The translations under genes and the position numbers were made by a program. The notes beneath the pieces are model-generated. The model worked only from the letters and a program-made list of their open reading frames with translations, searched no databases and was not told the origin of the DNA. DNA of 64,000 bases from Azolla caroliniana. Taxonomy: Eukaryota; Plantae; Polypodiophyta. The stretch is taken from the NCBI GenBank assembly GCA_043228905.1, contig JBHGNT010000016.1:5952001-6016000 (forward strand), written 5' to 3'. Shown piece by piece: positions 11,974 through 24,100 of the stretch (the first letter of the stretch is position 1; every line of letters starts with the position of its first letter).

Positions 11974-14779
11974 ATGGATTCACATTTTAACAAAAAAAGG
12001 AGCATCATTCTGACGTTATCAAAATTATTGTTTACAAAACCCAAGGCTCCAAGTATGTTAGAACAAGCATATGCAGCATGTTTAGTGCGGTTGCCATTTG
12101 GCTCAATTTGTTTTCCTTTTTGTATTCTCTCTTATTTATTAATGGAAAATTACCCCATTGGTGCATCATCTTGCTTTTGCAAAGAAAAATAAATGTAACA
12201 ATAAGGGGTTAATGTATAGGTCAAGTTCTTGGGAAATTGTGTATTTATATGGGAATAAAACTGTAATACTCGAGTTTTTCTTTTATCTGCCCAAATGCTT
12301 TGCAGCTTTTTCTTATTTCTTAAATGCCTTCAAGAAACCTCTGAAAGGCAATTATATGGTTCACTCATCCCTTATAATCAATTATACGTGTTATTTGAAC
12401 AATTAGGATTTTAATGCATGCCTCCTCTCTCTTTTGAGCTTTGACCGAGGGTATGTGGGTATCTGGAGAATTAAAGAAAAACTAGGGTATTTAGGGGGAG
12501 TTTCATTATTTTAATGTACTGTTTTGGAGTACAAGTCATATATATGTTCCTCCCCCATTAAAAGAGAATTTGAAGCTATAGTTAATAAATACCCCTAACG
12601 CTTGTTTGATAACTATGCCTGTAGAGAATCTCTTTGATGTTATTCTACTATACATTAGCATATTTCAATATAGTGGGTTCTTTTAACTCCACGTTGAGGA
12701 ACTTGTGGGTGTGAAAGGAGGCTGCGATAACTTATACAAATGGATAATGCCCATAGTGGCCAAAAGTAAAGAGGATTGAAACGTGGATTTAGATGTTGTA
12801 AACATAGGTAAGTTTGTACACAATGCCCTTCGAAGGATATTTGTGGAGTTAATGTATACTCAAGCAAGGTTACTATACCACCATGTGAAAAAGAAGAAGA
12901 GTTTTCATGAGAGTACTACCCGAGGGTAAGAAAGATATCATTTCAATACAATGCCAAAGAGATAAGCATGAGAATGGTGAGGTTTTAAGTAGGAAAATAA
13001 TAGTTTTCATGACCATATTAACTTGAGGGCTTGCTGATTGTATGCTTTGGAGATGCTTATCCAAATGCTTATTAATATTGGACATTTTGCATGACGTACT
13101 TACGTAGTTACATTATACTCAATATTGAGAACACTAATTTTCTAAAGTTCATATATTTCAAATATACTCCTAACTAGGGCTAACATGTTCATTGGACCAT
13201 GATGTCTATGATATAAATGTTTTTACATCCTTGAATATTTGCATTGAGCATGAAAAATGTTTGTTTAGCAACAAGTCAACTTTACTAAGGTTGAGAACGC
13301 CTCAAACATGACTACATTATTACCAACTTTTCTTATTTAAGCTTTGCAATTTGTCCCATTAAATTATTGGTTATGAAACAAATTCCATTGATAAGCATGC
13401 CATAGCTAACTACCATGCTACATCAACCACCCCAAAGGTAAATTATTATTTATCAAGTTACTAGACTCATATTCGTATTTGATCCTTTCCTAATTATGCC
13501 ATTCAACCTAATTGGATACCAATATTTTGTCTCCTCCTTTATGGTTTGGTTTATCCAACTCATGAGCCAAACTTCCGGAAAACCTTCGTTTGATAGCTTG
13601 ATCCATTGGTGAAGTTGTGGTTTTGTCCGTTTCAATAGCTCATTTTTATTAAAGGTGTATCCACTGCTTTATTATTAGACATCTTTTTATCTGTCCATTA
13701 ACATCTTCAATAGGCACACATGCATTATATGGTGTTTCTATACATAGGCATTGTCCTATTATGCATAAAGCTTATGTGCAGATTTTTCCATCTCTTATAT
13801 GACCTATTGTATCTTGCTTCTTGCCCTTGAATTGTCTCCATGTCCATGCTAAAATTGGTTGGAATTTAAACATTTACATTTTCTTCTTTTCTTGCATTTG
13901 ATATTATTGCCTTTCCATTATTCAATATTAATATAATGTTTAGACTTTTTCGTTTTTATCATTTGCAAACTTGAACATTTTCAGAGGAGCCTTGCATTCT
14001 TTGTTGAACAAAGTATTAGATGGGAACTGAGTATTTGATGTCTACATACATTTGATATCTTTTTCCTTTTCTTCTTCTCTTCTTATATAAAGGGAGTTGA
14101 CAACAACAACTATATTGATGTACTGTTGTTTGTGCATACAAGACTAGTGTCATATTGATGGTTTAAAGTACATACCTCCTTACAATTATTAAGTACCTAA
14201 CCTTGACTAATAAAAGATACCTTAAAAATCTCATAAATTACACCATAGTTGGATTCTCAAACCCTTTATAATTATAGGTGGTCACTTATACATTTACATG
14301 CATATTATTATTACAAACCTCTTGGACAACCAACAATAATATAAACACATAGAAAGGGAAAGAAAGATAATGCTTTTGGTATTGAGGGAATTGACCTCCT
14401 TTTGCTAAATGGTAAAATATATGGATGTAAGATTCATTCAAGATATACATGGGAGTAAAGAGGGGAATGTAAGTACCATTCAAATGGTGGAGGCTTGATC
14501 TTGCCTCCATCTACTACACTCACACAAACAACTAGTAAAAGAGAGACCAAAAGAGGGAGAAAATATAATTCAGGCTTTTGCCCGCTCATAATTGTGTCGA
14601 CCCTCTCTATTGTGCATTAACTAAATAAGTGATTAAGTATGTGTTGAGCTATGGTCCTACTAAATAAAACTCAAGCTACCCTCGGTAATCTATTTCGCCT
14701 CTGAGACCCTATGAGTTGAGCATCATCGTGATAGGGAAACTTTTGCCCTTTTATTTATTATTAATTGACCCTCAAGCAA

Positions 14780-15042
14780 TACTACATACTTGTATCAGTG
14801 TGTTACTTTTTAATCGAATATATATATATACTTGTGGGTTAAATTCAATGTTCTGTCTTGTCTATATTCTGTTATATATATATATATATATATATATATT
14901 CATACAAGTTCAACCTGTGTCGTCGTAGTCTCTAAGGATCGGTTGTAGTCGATTCCGCAATGTATCCTTCTGAATTTCACGATTGTAATCCCATCCAAGG
15001 GGACAGTCTAAAATAACAATGTTCTGTCTTGTCTATATTCTG

Positions 15043-15083
<41 letters not shown>

Positions 15084-15372
15084 TACAAGTTCAACCTGTG
15101 TAGTCGTAGTCTCTAAGGATCGGTTGTAGTCGATTCTGCAATGTATCCTTCTGAATTTCACGGTTGTAATCCCATCCAAGGGGACAGTCTAAAATAACAA
15201 TCACAAGTAAGGGAAGGTCTTATACCCCGTAACAACTCGGCTAATGGTCTCGGCAGGGCGTCGAGACTGTAACTCTCCTTCACACTACAATACCTTGACC
15301 CGATTACTCAGGAGGACTAATCAAAGGTGTTTTCTCCAAGAGGGAGTAACACAATTTTGCACGTCGGGTGGG
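14780..15372 (+). mobile_element. Gypsy-type LTR (3' part) with an internal ~175-bp tandem duplication, followed by a PBS-like sequence
   Basis: Homologous to 29300-29679; ends ...GAGTAACACA then ATTTTGCACGTCGGGTGGGACC, resembling a TGGCACGCC..GTGGGAC PBS. The 14845-15020 unit repeats at 15020-15200. Confidence 0.7.
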
Positions 15373-16255
15373 ACCGATGTAAGGTTCCATTCAGAACCCA
15401 TTTACCCAGTTTGGCATGACTTCTCCCGCTAAGGTGACGAGTTGGTATGTCCCATTGAATTTGTCGATGATCCAGAAAGGTCCGGTCCATTGGAACCAAA
15501 GTTTTCCCGGCATTTGGCTAAGTCGAGTTTGGAATACCAAGACGACCTTGCCGATCCCGAATAGTTGCTCATTGCATCTTCGGTGTCAGTTGACAAAGGC
15601 TTTTCATCGGCGCTACGCATGCTCTAGATTGCCCAAGCTAGCGAGCCAAACTTCCCCGAGCTCGAGAAGTTGTTCTAATCGTTTTAGTTTGGACTCGGTT
15701 TTGGGTAGGAACTCGGTTATCTAAACTCGTAAATTCGACCGACATGACGACCTCTAATCCGAATGCCAATCAAAAGGGCGTTGATTTGATATTGGTTTTG
15801 TGGGTCGTACGATAGGCCCAAAGTGCACTATGAAGTTTCTAATCCCAGTCGATTCGATTCCCATTCACAATTTTCTTTAAGATATTCTAGAGCGTCTTGT
15901 TCGTGGATTTAGCAAGCCCATTTGCTTGCAGGAAATAAGGCATCCTCTTTTTGTGGACGATGGCATAGTGAGTCATTAGTTCGTGAATCGTCTTGTTGAT
16001 AAAGTGACTTCCCTAGTCACTGACCAACTCGGTGGGACATCTGAAGCGACACCAAAGGTGTTAACGAACTTCGCCGCGGATGTGGCTGTGTTATCTTGGA
16101 GGGCTTTCTCTTCCACCCATTTGATGCAATAGTTAGTCACGACAATGATATATTGATTACTTGTTCGGGTCGCGGCTGGCTTGAATGGGCCGACGAAGTC
16201 GAGGCCCCATTTCTGGAATGGCTCAAGCGGAAGGATGGGTTGGTGAGGCATCACA
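15373..16255 (-). mobile_element. Degenerate gypsy integrase fragment
   Basis: PILPLEPFQKWGLDFVGPF..YIIVVTNYCIKWVE..AL and, downstream, DWDxKLHSALWAYRTTHKT: rve core with frameshifts. Confidence 0.85.
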
Positions 16256-17906
16256 CCTCCAAACCCCTTTCCCAACAAAACACAATACCATGACCAGCCG
16301 GAGGTAGGTGAAACGGTCGCTCCCGAGTCCATGTCACCCCAATTACACAATTGGGAGAGTACTTACACGCACGTTGACTCCTCGCACCCTCTTGTGTAAG
16401 AGGGAAGAGTAGAAATCACTTGGCCCAATAGGGACCCACTATATACATATAACGACGAGTCTCTGAAATGACAAAAGGAGACATGTCGCTACGCAAAACG
16501 ATTCAACACGCACACACACACACACACACATCCGGAGAGAACGAAAGCCAAAGGCACTGACACAGATATACCTAACTTTCTTTATATATATGTAAATAGA
16601 CAAGACTGCTACAACGCCGGCTTCAAGCCGGTCCGATTCCAAGGGGCATAGGGGTTGTCTGCAGACCTTGCGTTGGAGACGGTCCTCGTACCGAAACACC
16701 ACATGTACTTGTCAAGCCGTCGGTCGGGGGGCACGTTGCTCGTCATGCCGAGTGGGGCCTTGCACAGGAGACAGATCTACGGACCGGAACCCTTAGAATA
16801 CAGAAACTCAGAAACCCTACCCTAGTATATGAACTAACAAGACCTCGAGAACAAAACTCTATTATGGAACCCAAACTAAACAAAAATGGGAACCCTTTAC
16901 AAGAGACCCTCCCTTCCTTTTATGGCACAAGGAGGGAGAGGTGTTACAATGTAGGATAAATATCCCCCATTTTCGAGGGGATAATCTACCCAATTTTCCG
17001 GTGTAGTGATGGAGAGGTGCCCTTAATCCCATCACTTTCAATCACTACAATATATATGAATGCATTTATGGCACTTACTAAATATTTACATTTTCTACAA
17101 GTATGAGTGCACACGGTGCAGTTTGCCGATTTCCTCGAACTTTCCAGTTTTCTCATTGTGGCGGGAAATCTTCACGACAACGGCACCTACAAAAAGTTGT
17201 CTCACAACCACATAGAGTTATTTCGTGCAACGAAGCATAAGCCCAAAACTCCCAAGCTTTCCATGAAAACTCTTCGTGCTCTCACTCTCTGCACAGAAGC
17301 CACCCATCTCTCCACTCCCCCAACAAACGGCAGGTATCACCAAGCCTCTCAAAGTTTCCATGGAACTCCACACCTGGCTGAAAAGGTACGGCCTCGGGGA
17401 TATCTCAAAGTCTCTAACGCGCCGCCCCATCCAGAAGCACTTGAGATTGGGCTGCACATCCACCTTGACACCATCACGAACGACTAGATTAGGTTTGTGT
17501 TGGGTCTCAAACATGGGGGCCATCCCGACATTGAGATTCCACCCCAACAAGTCTTCAAGTCATATTTCGGGGAGTACTCAGCCTCGGCTAAGGCCAATAG
17601 AACACAAGGAGGTCCAAAGGAGTTGTTCCGCGATCTTGCAAAGTTCCTCCTCGAAATTGCCAGTGTCCATACTACAAACTATGGCATCATCACTGCATAC
17701 ACTAGAGGCCAGATCGATTGGGGTTCAATCACAACACGCATGGTCGAGGAACACACAGATAGGATTATGGTCCAGAAGGCTATCCCGACGAAGAGGCGGC
17801 CCTGCAGAAAATCGGTTGGAAGCGTCAGAACAAGAGCAACCACCTGCTCATTAAGCTGCCCGATTTAAATACGACCACATGTTATCATTGCCATCCCTGT
17901 TTACTC
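16256..17906. mobile_element. Retroelement-derived non-coding/LTR-like DNA plus a frameshifted accessory ORF (17107-17868, +)
   Basis: GC-richer TE-like sequence between the integrase and the copia LTR. The overlapping ORFs suggest one frameshifted reading frame; no recognised domain. Confidence 0.4.
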
Positions 17907-20900
17907 TGTGGAAATATTTAACCTAAACATTATATTATTATTATTATTATTATTAAAAATAAGTAATTACGAAGAGTTATTTATTATTAGACTTTATTAT
18001 TATTATTATTAAAAATAAGTAATTACGAAGTGTTATTTATTATTAGACTTTAGTAGAGAAAACTCTTCATTGAAGAGACATAATTGTTTGTACATCGACT
18101 CTACAAACAAGCCATTTGGCTAATGTAACAAAACAATCTATATATAGAACAAATTTTATGTATGTGTGATCTCTCTCTCTCTCTCTCTCTCTAGCAATCA
18201 TTCTCTATTTGTATAGTTGCCGAATTCTACATGGTATCAGATTTATAGATTTCCGCATCTATCAAATAAGACTAAAGAATCCCATAAGTGTTGATCGATT
18301 TGTCATCAAGACAAGCGCTAAGCCGAATAGCCCTGTACCATAAAAATGGCGCAATCCTCAACTCTTGCCAACATTCTCAACACACATAAACTTTTATTAA
18401 TAAAGTTATCAAAGCAAAATTATCGCATTGGAGTGCTCGACTCGAATTATTATTTCAACACTACAAACTTTGGGATGTAGTGTGAGAATTATCAACAAAA
18501 CTTGATCTCCCTAGACCTGATCACGTTATTTGGGAAGAGAAAGATCTTGTAGCAAAGATGGAATTATTAGCACATATATCAGATGTTCAAGGAGAAGCGG
18601 TTAGAAAGTTACAAACTTCGCATCAAATTTGGGAGAAATTAAAGACACAATATGAACCAAAGACGGATGCAGCACAAGTGCACACACTACATGCACACAA
18701 TGAAAGAAGATGATGATGTAGATAATTTTATAACAACTTGGGAAAAGAAATTGGATGATACAATTACATCTGGCTTGGACATCTCCGACAAACAACAAAG
18801 ATGTTTATTATTAGGCGCCTTACCCTCTTCTTGGTCATCTTTTGTGACTACACAAAATTTAAATAAACAAGCTACTATGGAAGATCTCATGGGAGACATA
18901 AGACAGGAAGACTCGATGAGAAAGACAAGAGAAGAAAACACATCAACACAAGCAATCACTATGGCAGCCTATCGACCTCATTACAAACCACAAGCAAGAT
19001 ACAAGAGTTTCAAGAGTCAGTGGACTAATGCACCTATGACTAAAGGAGGAATGAAGTTCACTAAGTCTTATTGTAACATTTGCAAAAGACTAGGCCACAC
19101 ACCACAAGAATGTAAGGAAAAACAAAAGTCTATTCGAAGATTCCCAAGCAACATTCGTCGACCAGAAGCACACATTGTAGAAGAATTCGAGGAAGAGAGA
19201 AATGGCGAAGAAGAGGTTTATGTTGCCTCAATGGAAGAAAAGGATGAATATGAAGAAGAAGGTTACAACGACTTGATGCAAGCTTTCATGGTTGAAGCAC
19301 TTGTCACGGATATACCAACAAAGAAGGATGAGAAATGGTATCTCGACCCTGGAGCAACGAACCACCTCACACATTGATCGGATTGGCTTCAAAGGTACAC
19401 ACCCCTACAAAATCCAATAACTGTTAGATTTGGAAATAATGGAATAAAATAAGCATTAGGCAAAGGCCAACTTACTTTTCATCTCCCCGGAGGAGGAAAC
19501 TTCACCATAAATGATGTGTACCACGTGCCTGGTATCACCAAGAACCTCCTTTCAATAAGTCTCGAATGGATCCATCATCGAGTTCCATCATAACCAAGCC
19601 GTGATTCGTCATCTTCTACCAAATGGTCTCACGATACAAACTTCCTGCAAAATACAATGAGGGTTATATCCAATTAGTGTACATCCAACAACCCAATCAA
19701 AAATCGAAGTTCACACAACCAAAATTGAAAGACAACAGGAACTCACCTTACTTTGGCACTATCGACTCGGACATCCACACCTTGCTGCTATGCGAACACT
19801 TCAAACTCACAAGCTTGCTCAAGGAGTCCCAAAGGATATGTTTTGCAAAATCGACCTATGTGAGGCGTGCTTGTTTGGCAAAATGGCATCATCAAAGTTT
19901 CCTACAAGTAACTCACGAAGAAGTCGATCACTTGAACTCGTCCACAGTGACATATGCGGTCCATTCCCAACTCAATCATTTTTTAAATCAAAATATTTCA
20001 TTAGTTTCATCGATGATTATACAAGGTTTACGATACTAACATTCCTCAAAAGCAAAGACCAAGCTTTCACAACTTTTACAAATTACAAATCACTAACAGA
20101 AAAGCAACTAAATCTACAATTGAAATGTCTACAATCTGACGATGAGGGAGGGGAATATACATCTAACAAGTTTACAAAATTTTGTAAAGACCATGGAATT
20201 TTACAACGAATTTTTGTTCCTTCGACACCACAATAAAATGGTCTAGCCGAATGAAAAAATCGAACACTCCTTAATTCGGCCTGGAGCATGCCGAACCTCG
20301 CGTCACTTTCACCCTCATTTTGGGAAGAAGCTGTCGCAACAACATGTTATCTCCAAAATCGTAACTATCATCAAACACTTGGGTTAATCACACCATACAC
20401 TAATGGTTTGGAGTAAAACCAAATATGCAAGATCTCAAAATCTTTGGTTGCCTTGCATACGCCTTTGTTCCTATTGAAAAACGATCCAAGTTAGAACAAA
20501 GAGCTAGAAAAGCAATCTTCGTTGGGTACGGGGATGCAAACGGCTAAAAGGTTTACCGTTTATTTGACCCAACCAAGAACACCTTCTTTTATAGTCATAC
20601 TGTCAAATTTGTTGTTGTTTATTATCGTCGCCAACAGAAAATTGTTGTTGTTGATGACTGCCGCCTCCCAACCAACGTCATTGTCACCGTCGGCGCCTAC
20701 CGCCAATAGAAAATCGTTGTTGCTGACAACCGCCGCCTCCCGCCAACAGAACATTGTTGCTACTGCTGATCGCCGCCTCCCACACAGCATTGCCGCCGAT
20801 GCCACCTTTTGCTACCAACACAACAACACTAATGATGATAATCGTCGCCCTTGCCACCAACAAAAGGATGTTGATGTTGATGCCGCTACAATCGCCGCCA

Positions 20901-21149
20901 GCAATTGATTAAAGAAAGCCGCCAATATCATCGTCACCTCTCACTTTGATGAAGTCCCCGATGTTGTCGATCGTTATGTGGTAATCCCTCGCCCTTTTAT
21001 TCATGATGATCAGCCTCTTGCACCTCCTCCGATCTCTCCTGCACATCAACCCCTTGCATCTCCTCCCATCTCCTCTCCTCCAAGAACTCCTCCCATTCCA
21101 CTACGTTTACATAAGAAACCAACGTTTAAATTTAAAGTCAATAAAAATA

Positions 21150-24100
21150 GGAAAGCGCTATTTGCCCCCTCATTTTGGCTATCCCGCCCCCTAACTTTAT
21201 AGAACCTAATATAATCAAAGTGTTTATTAATTAATTAATAAACTCAACATAGCTCAGATTCTCGCATATCGCAAGTGCGTGCATTGTGATGAGTCCTCGT
21301 TTGTCTTTTGCGAGTATCGTCAGTCAAGCCTAGAGGGTTGCGATATTTCCCCCTGTAAAGAATCAAGAGATGGATTCTTGTGAAGCGGAATAGGTGTGAA
21401 CTGTGTGTGTATGTGTGTATGAGATAGAGAGAGAGACACAGAGTATACGCAAGGTTGAGTATATTAGCAAAGGAGAAAGACTCAACATTATACAAGATGG
21501 GAGGAGGGTGCTTTATGTAGTCACCCTCTCTCTTCATTAACTACAAGGCTCATGGAGCATGGCGAATGTGAAAGCTCATAAGTTATGTGTCATAGAATAT
21601 GATTCTATGACTCATACTAAATGCTAGAATACAAAGTGGTGACATAATGGTGACTCTTGACCGTTGAGGTGTCTCTTCACTCTCAAGGTGAGTTCACACA
21701 CTAGACCAAGTTGAGCTTGACGGTATCCGAAATCCGCTTCAATTCACGTTCGGGAGTCCGCGTCAACTCGCGTCGACTCGCTTTATGCGGAGTTGCGGAA
21801 TCCGTGCTCCAGCTTGCGTTATGCGTAGTTACGAAGTTTGTGCTTCGGCTTGCGTGCGTAGTTACGAAGTCTGTGCTTCGGCTTGCGTCTTTCTTCGCGA
21901 CTTTGTATGGTAGATCGGCTCTTTGCTGCTACGATGTGTGGTTGCAGAATCTACGCGTTATTGCGTAGTGTCTTCAGTACTCCCCCTCAAGCTTGGCAGA
22001 TCAGGGATTGTCAATCCGAGATCGGTCATGAATTGCCATAACTTGTCGGCTCCTAAGGCTTTAGTGAAGATGTCGGCCATTTGAAGATTGGTGCTTATGT
22101 GTTGTAGGTCAACATCACCAGCCAGAACGCGCTCTCGGATGAAGTGATAGTGCACATCGATGTGCTTTGTCCGTGCGTGGAACACCGGGTTCCGAGCCAG
22201 ATGGATACTGCTCATGGTGTCGCAGTAAAGGGAAGTCGGATCCTTGATGGGTACGCCCATATCTTTCAAAATCCTCTTGAGCCATACGACTTCACACGCA
22301 GCTACGGCTACGCCCCTATATTCCGCCTCTGTACTTGAAAGAGCGATAGTAGGCTCCTTCTTGCTACTCCAGGATATTGCTACGCTACCGAGGGAGAAAA
22401 CAAATCCGGAGGTTGATCTTCTATCAGCTTTGTAGCCAACCCAATCGGCGTTTGTGTACCCCCTTGAGTCGTATTGGCATCGCAGTCTTGTAGAGGATGC
22501 CGCAATTCATTGTGCCGTTCACGTATCGTAGAACTCGCTTAGCGCAATCCAAGTGAGTATCACGCGGTGTTTGCATGAATTGGCTAAGGAGACCGACCGA
22601 ATAACTGAGATCGGGTCGTGTGATCGTGAGGTAGATGAGACTCCCGATGAGTTGCCGATACTGAGTCGGCTCACACGCTTTGGTGCCGGAGTTCGCATCT
22701 AGTTTGAGATTACGATCGAGCAGGGTTGCCACGGATTTGCACTCCGCCATCCCGAACTTGTATAACAAATTGAGGATGTAGTGCCGTTGAGAGATCATGA
22801 TTCCGACCGGAGTCCGAATTACCTCGATGCCGAGGAAGTAGTGGAGCTCCTTCATGTCCGTCATCTCGAACTTGTCGGAAAGGAGGGATTTGACCTTAGT
22901 GATTTCAACGAGATGCTCACCTCCAATGACTAGGTCATCCACATATAAGATGATGACGATCGGACTTGCGGAATCGCTTCGTATGTAGAGGGAGTTGTCC
23001 GATTTTGACATACGGAAGTCGATTTGATGAAGATATTGCGTTATCTTCGAATGCCAAGCACGTGGTGCTTGCTTGAGGCCGTAGAGTGGCTTCTTGAGTC
23101 GGCATACGGCTTTTGGATGAGTGCTCAAGTTAACGTCGGGTGGTTGGATCATGTACACCTCTTCTAATTCGCCTTGTAGAAAGGCATTCTTGACGTCCAT
23201 TTGATGGAGGTGCCACCCTTTCGTCGCGGCAATCGCAATTACGGTCCGTATCATCGTCATCTTTGCCATTGGGGCAAAGGTCTCTTCGTAGTCGACGCCA
23301 TGCGTCTGAGCATATCTTTTCGCTACGAGTCGAGCTTTGTAGCGGTTTACGGAGCCATCGACGTTATACTTCACCTTGTAGATCCATCTGCATCCGATCG
23401 CCTTTTTGTGTGGTGAGGTGGGAACGAGATCCCACATCTCGTTCTTCCGTAGTGCCTGCATCCTCGTTCATTGCTTCGATCCATCGCAGGTCCTTCGCGG
23501 CTTCCGAAAAGGTTTCCGGCTCCCGTACTATCGCTACCTTCATCATAAAGGCGTAATGGTATGCCATGTAATCGTTGTAGCCGAATCGGCTTACGGGGTT
23601 CTTTTCACGAATGGATCGGTGGAGCTTTTCATTTGTAGAGATGAGGGCTTTCTTGGCTCCGATTGGTACCTCGAAACCGCCGAACTCACTGTTGAGTGAG
23701 TGAGTCGATTCATCGTCGTCAAAGAGATCGTCTTCATATTCCGCCATTTTCGCCTTGCCTTTGTCCATCTTCGGGCTAGGCCGTGATGTGCTTTGATCGC
23801 TCAAAGGCTCTTGTGGTCCGCTCAGTCGGATCGTGATTGGAATTTCTTCGAACATGCACGTAAGATGATCTTCATCCTCTATCTCTTGTTCGGTGGATTC
23901 CGGGTCGAGCGGAGTCGGAGACGAAGTTGTCTCTGGTGCGTACCAGGATGCGGACTTGTCAAAGACGACATCTCGACTTACCCGAGATTTTCGAGTTGAG
24001 GGGTTGTAGCACTTGTACCCCTTTTGCTCCAGTGAGTATCCTATGAGGATACGACTTCGGGTCGAGCTTTTGACGCTTCTCGTCGGGGATGTGCACGTAC

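Noticed and set aside
14845-15200. CRISPR-like or functional repeat array
   Set aside because: It is a two-copy duplication inside an LTR in eukaryotic DNA, with no unique spacers.
21244-21537. Duplicated small gene (MKREGDYIKHPPP.., also 26393-26590)
   Set aside because: Both ORFs lie in the two LTRs of copia B; the identity reflects LTR duplication.
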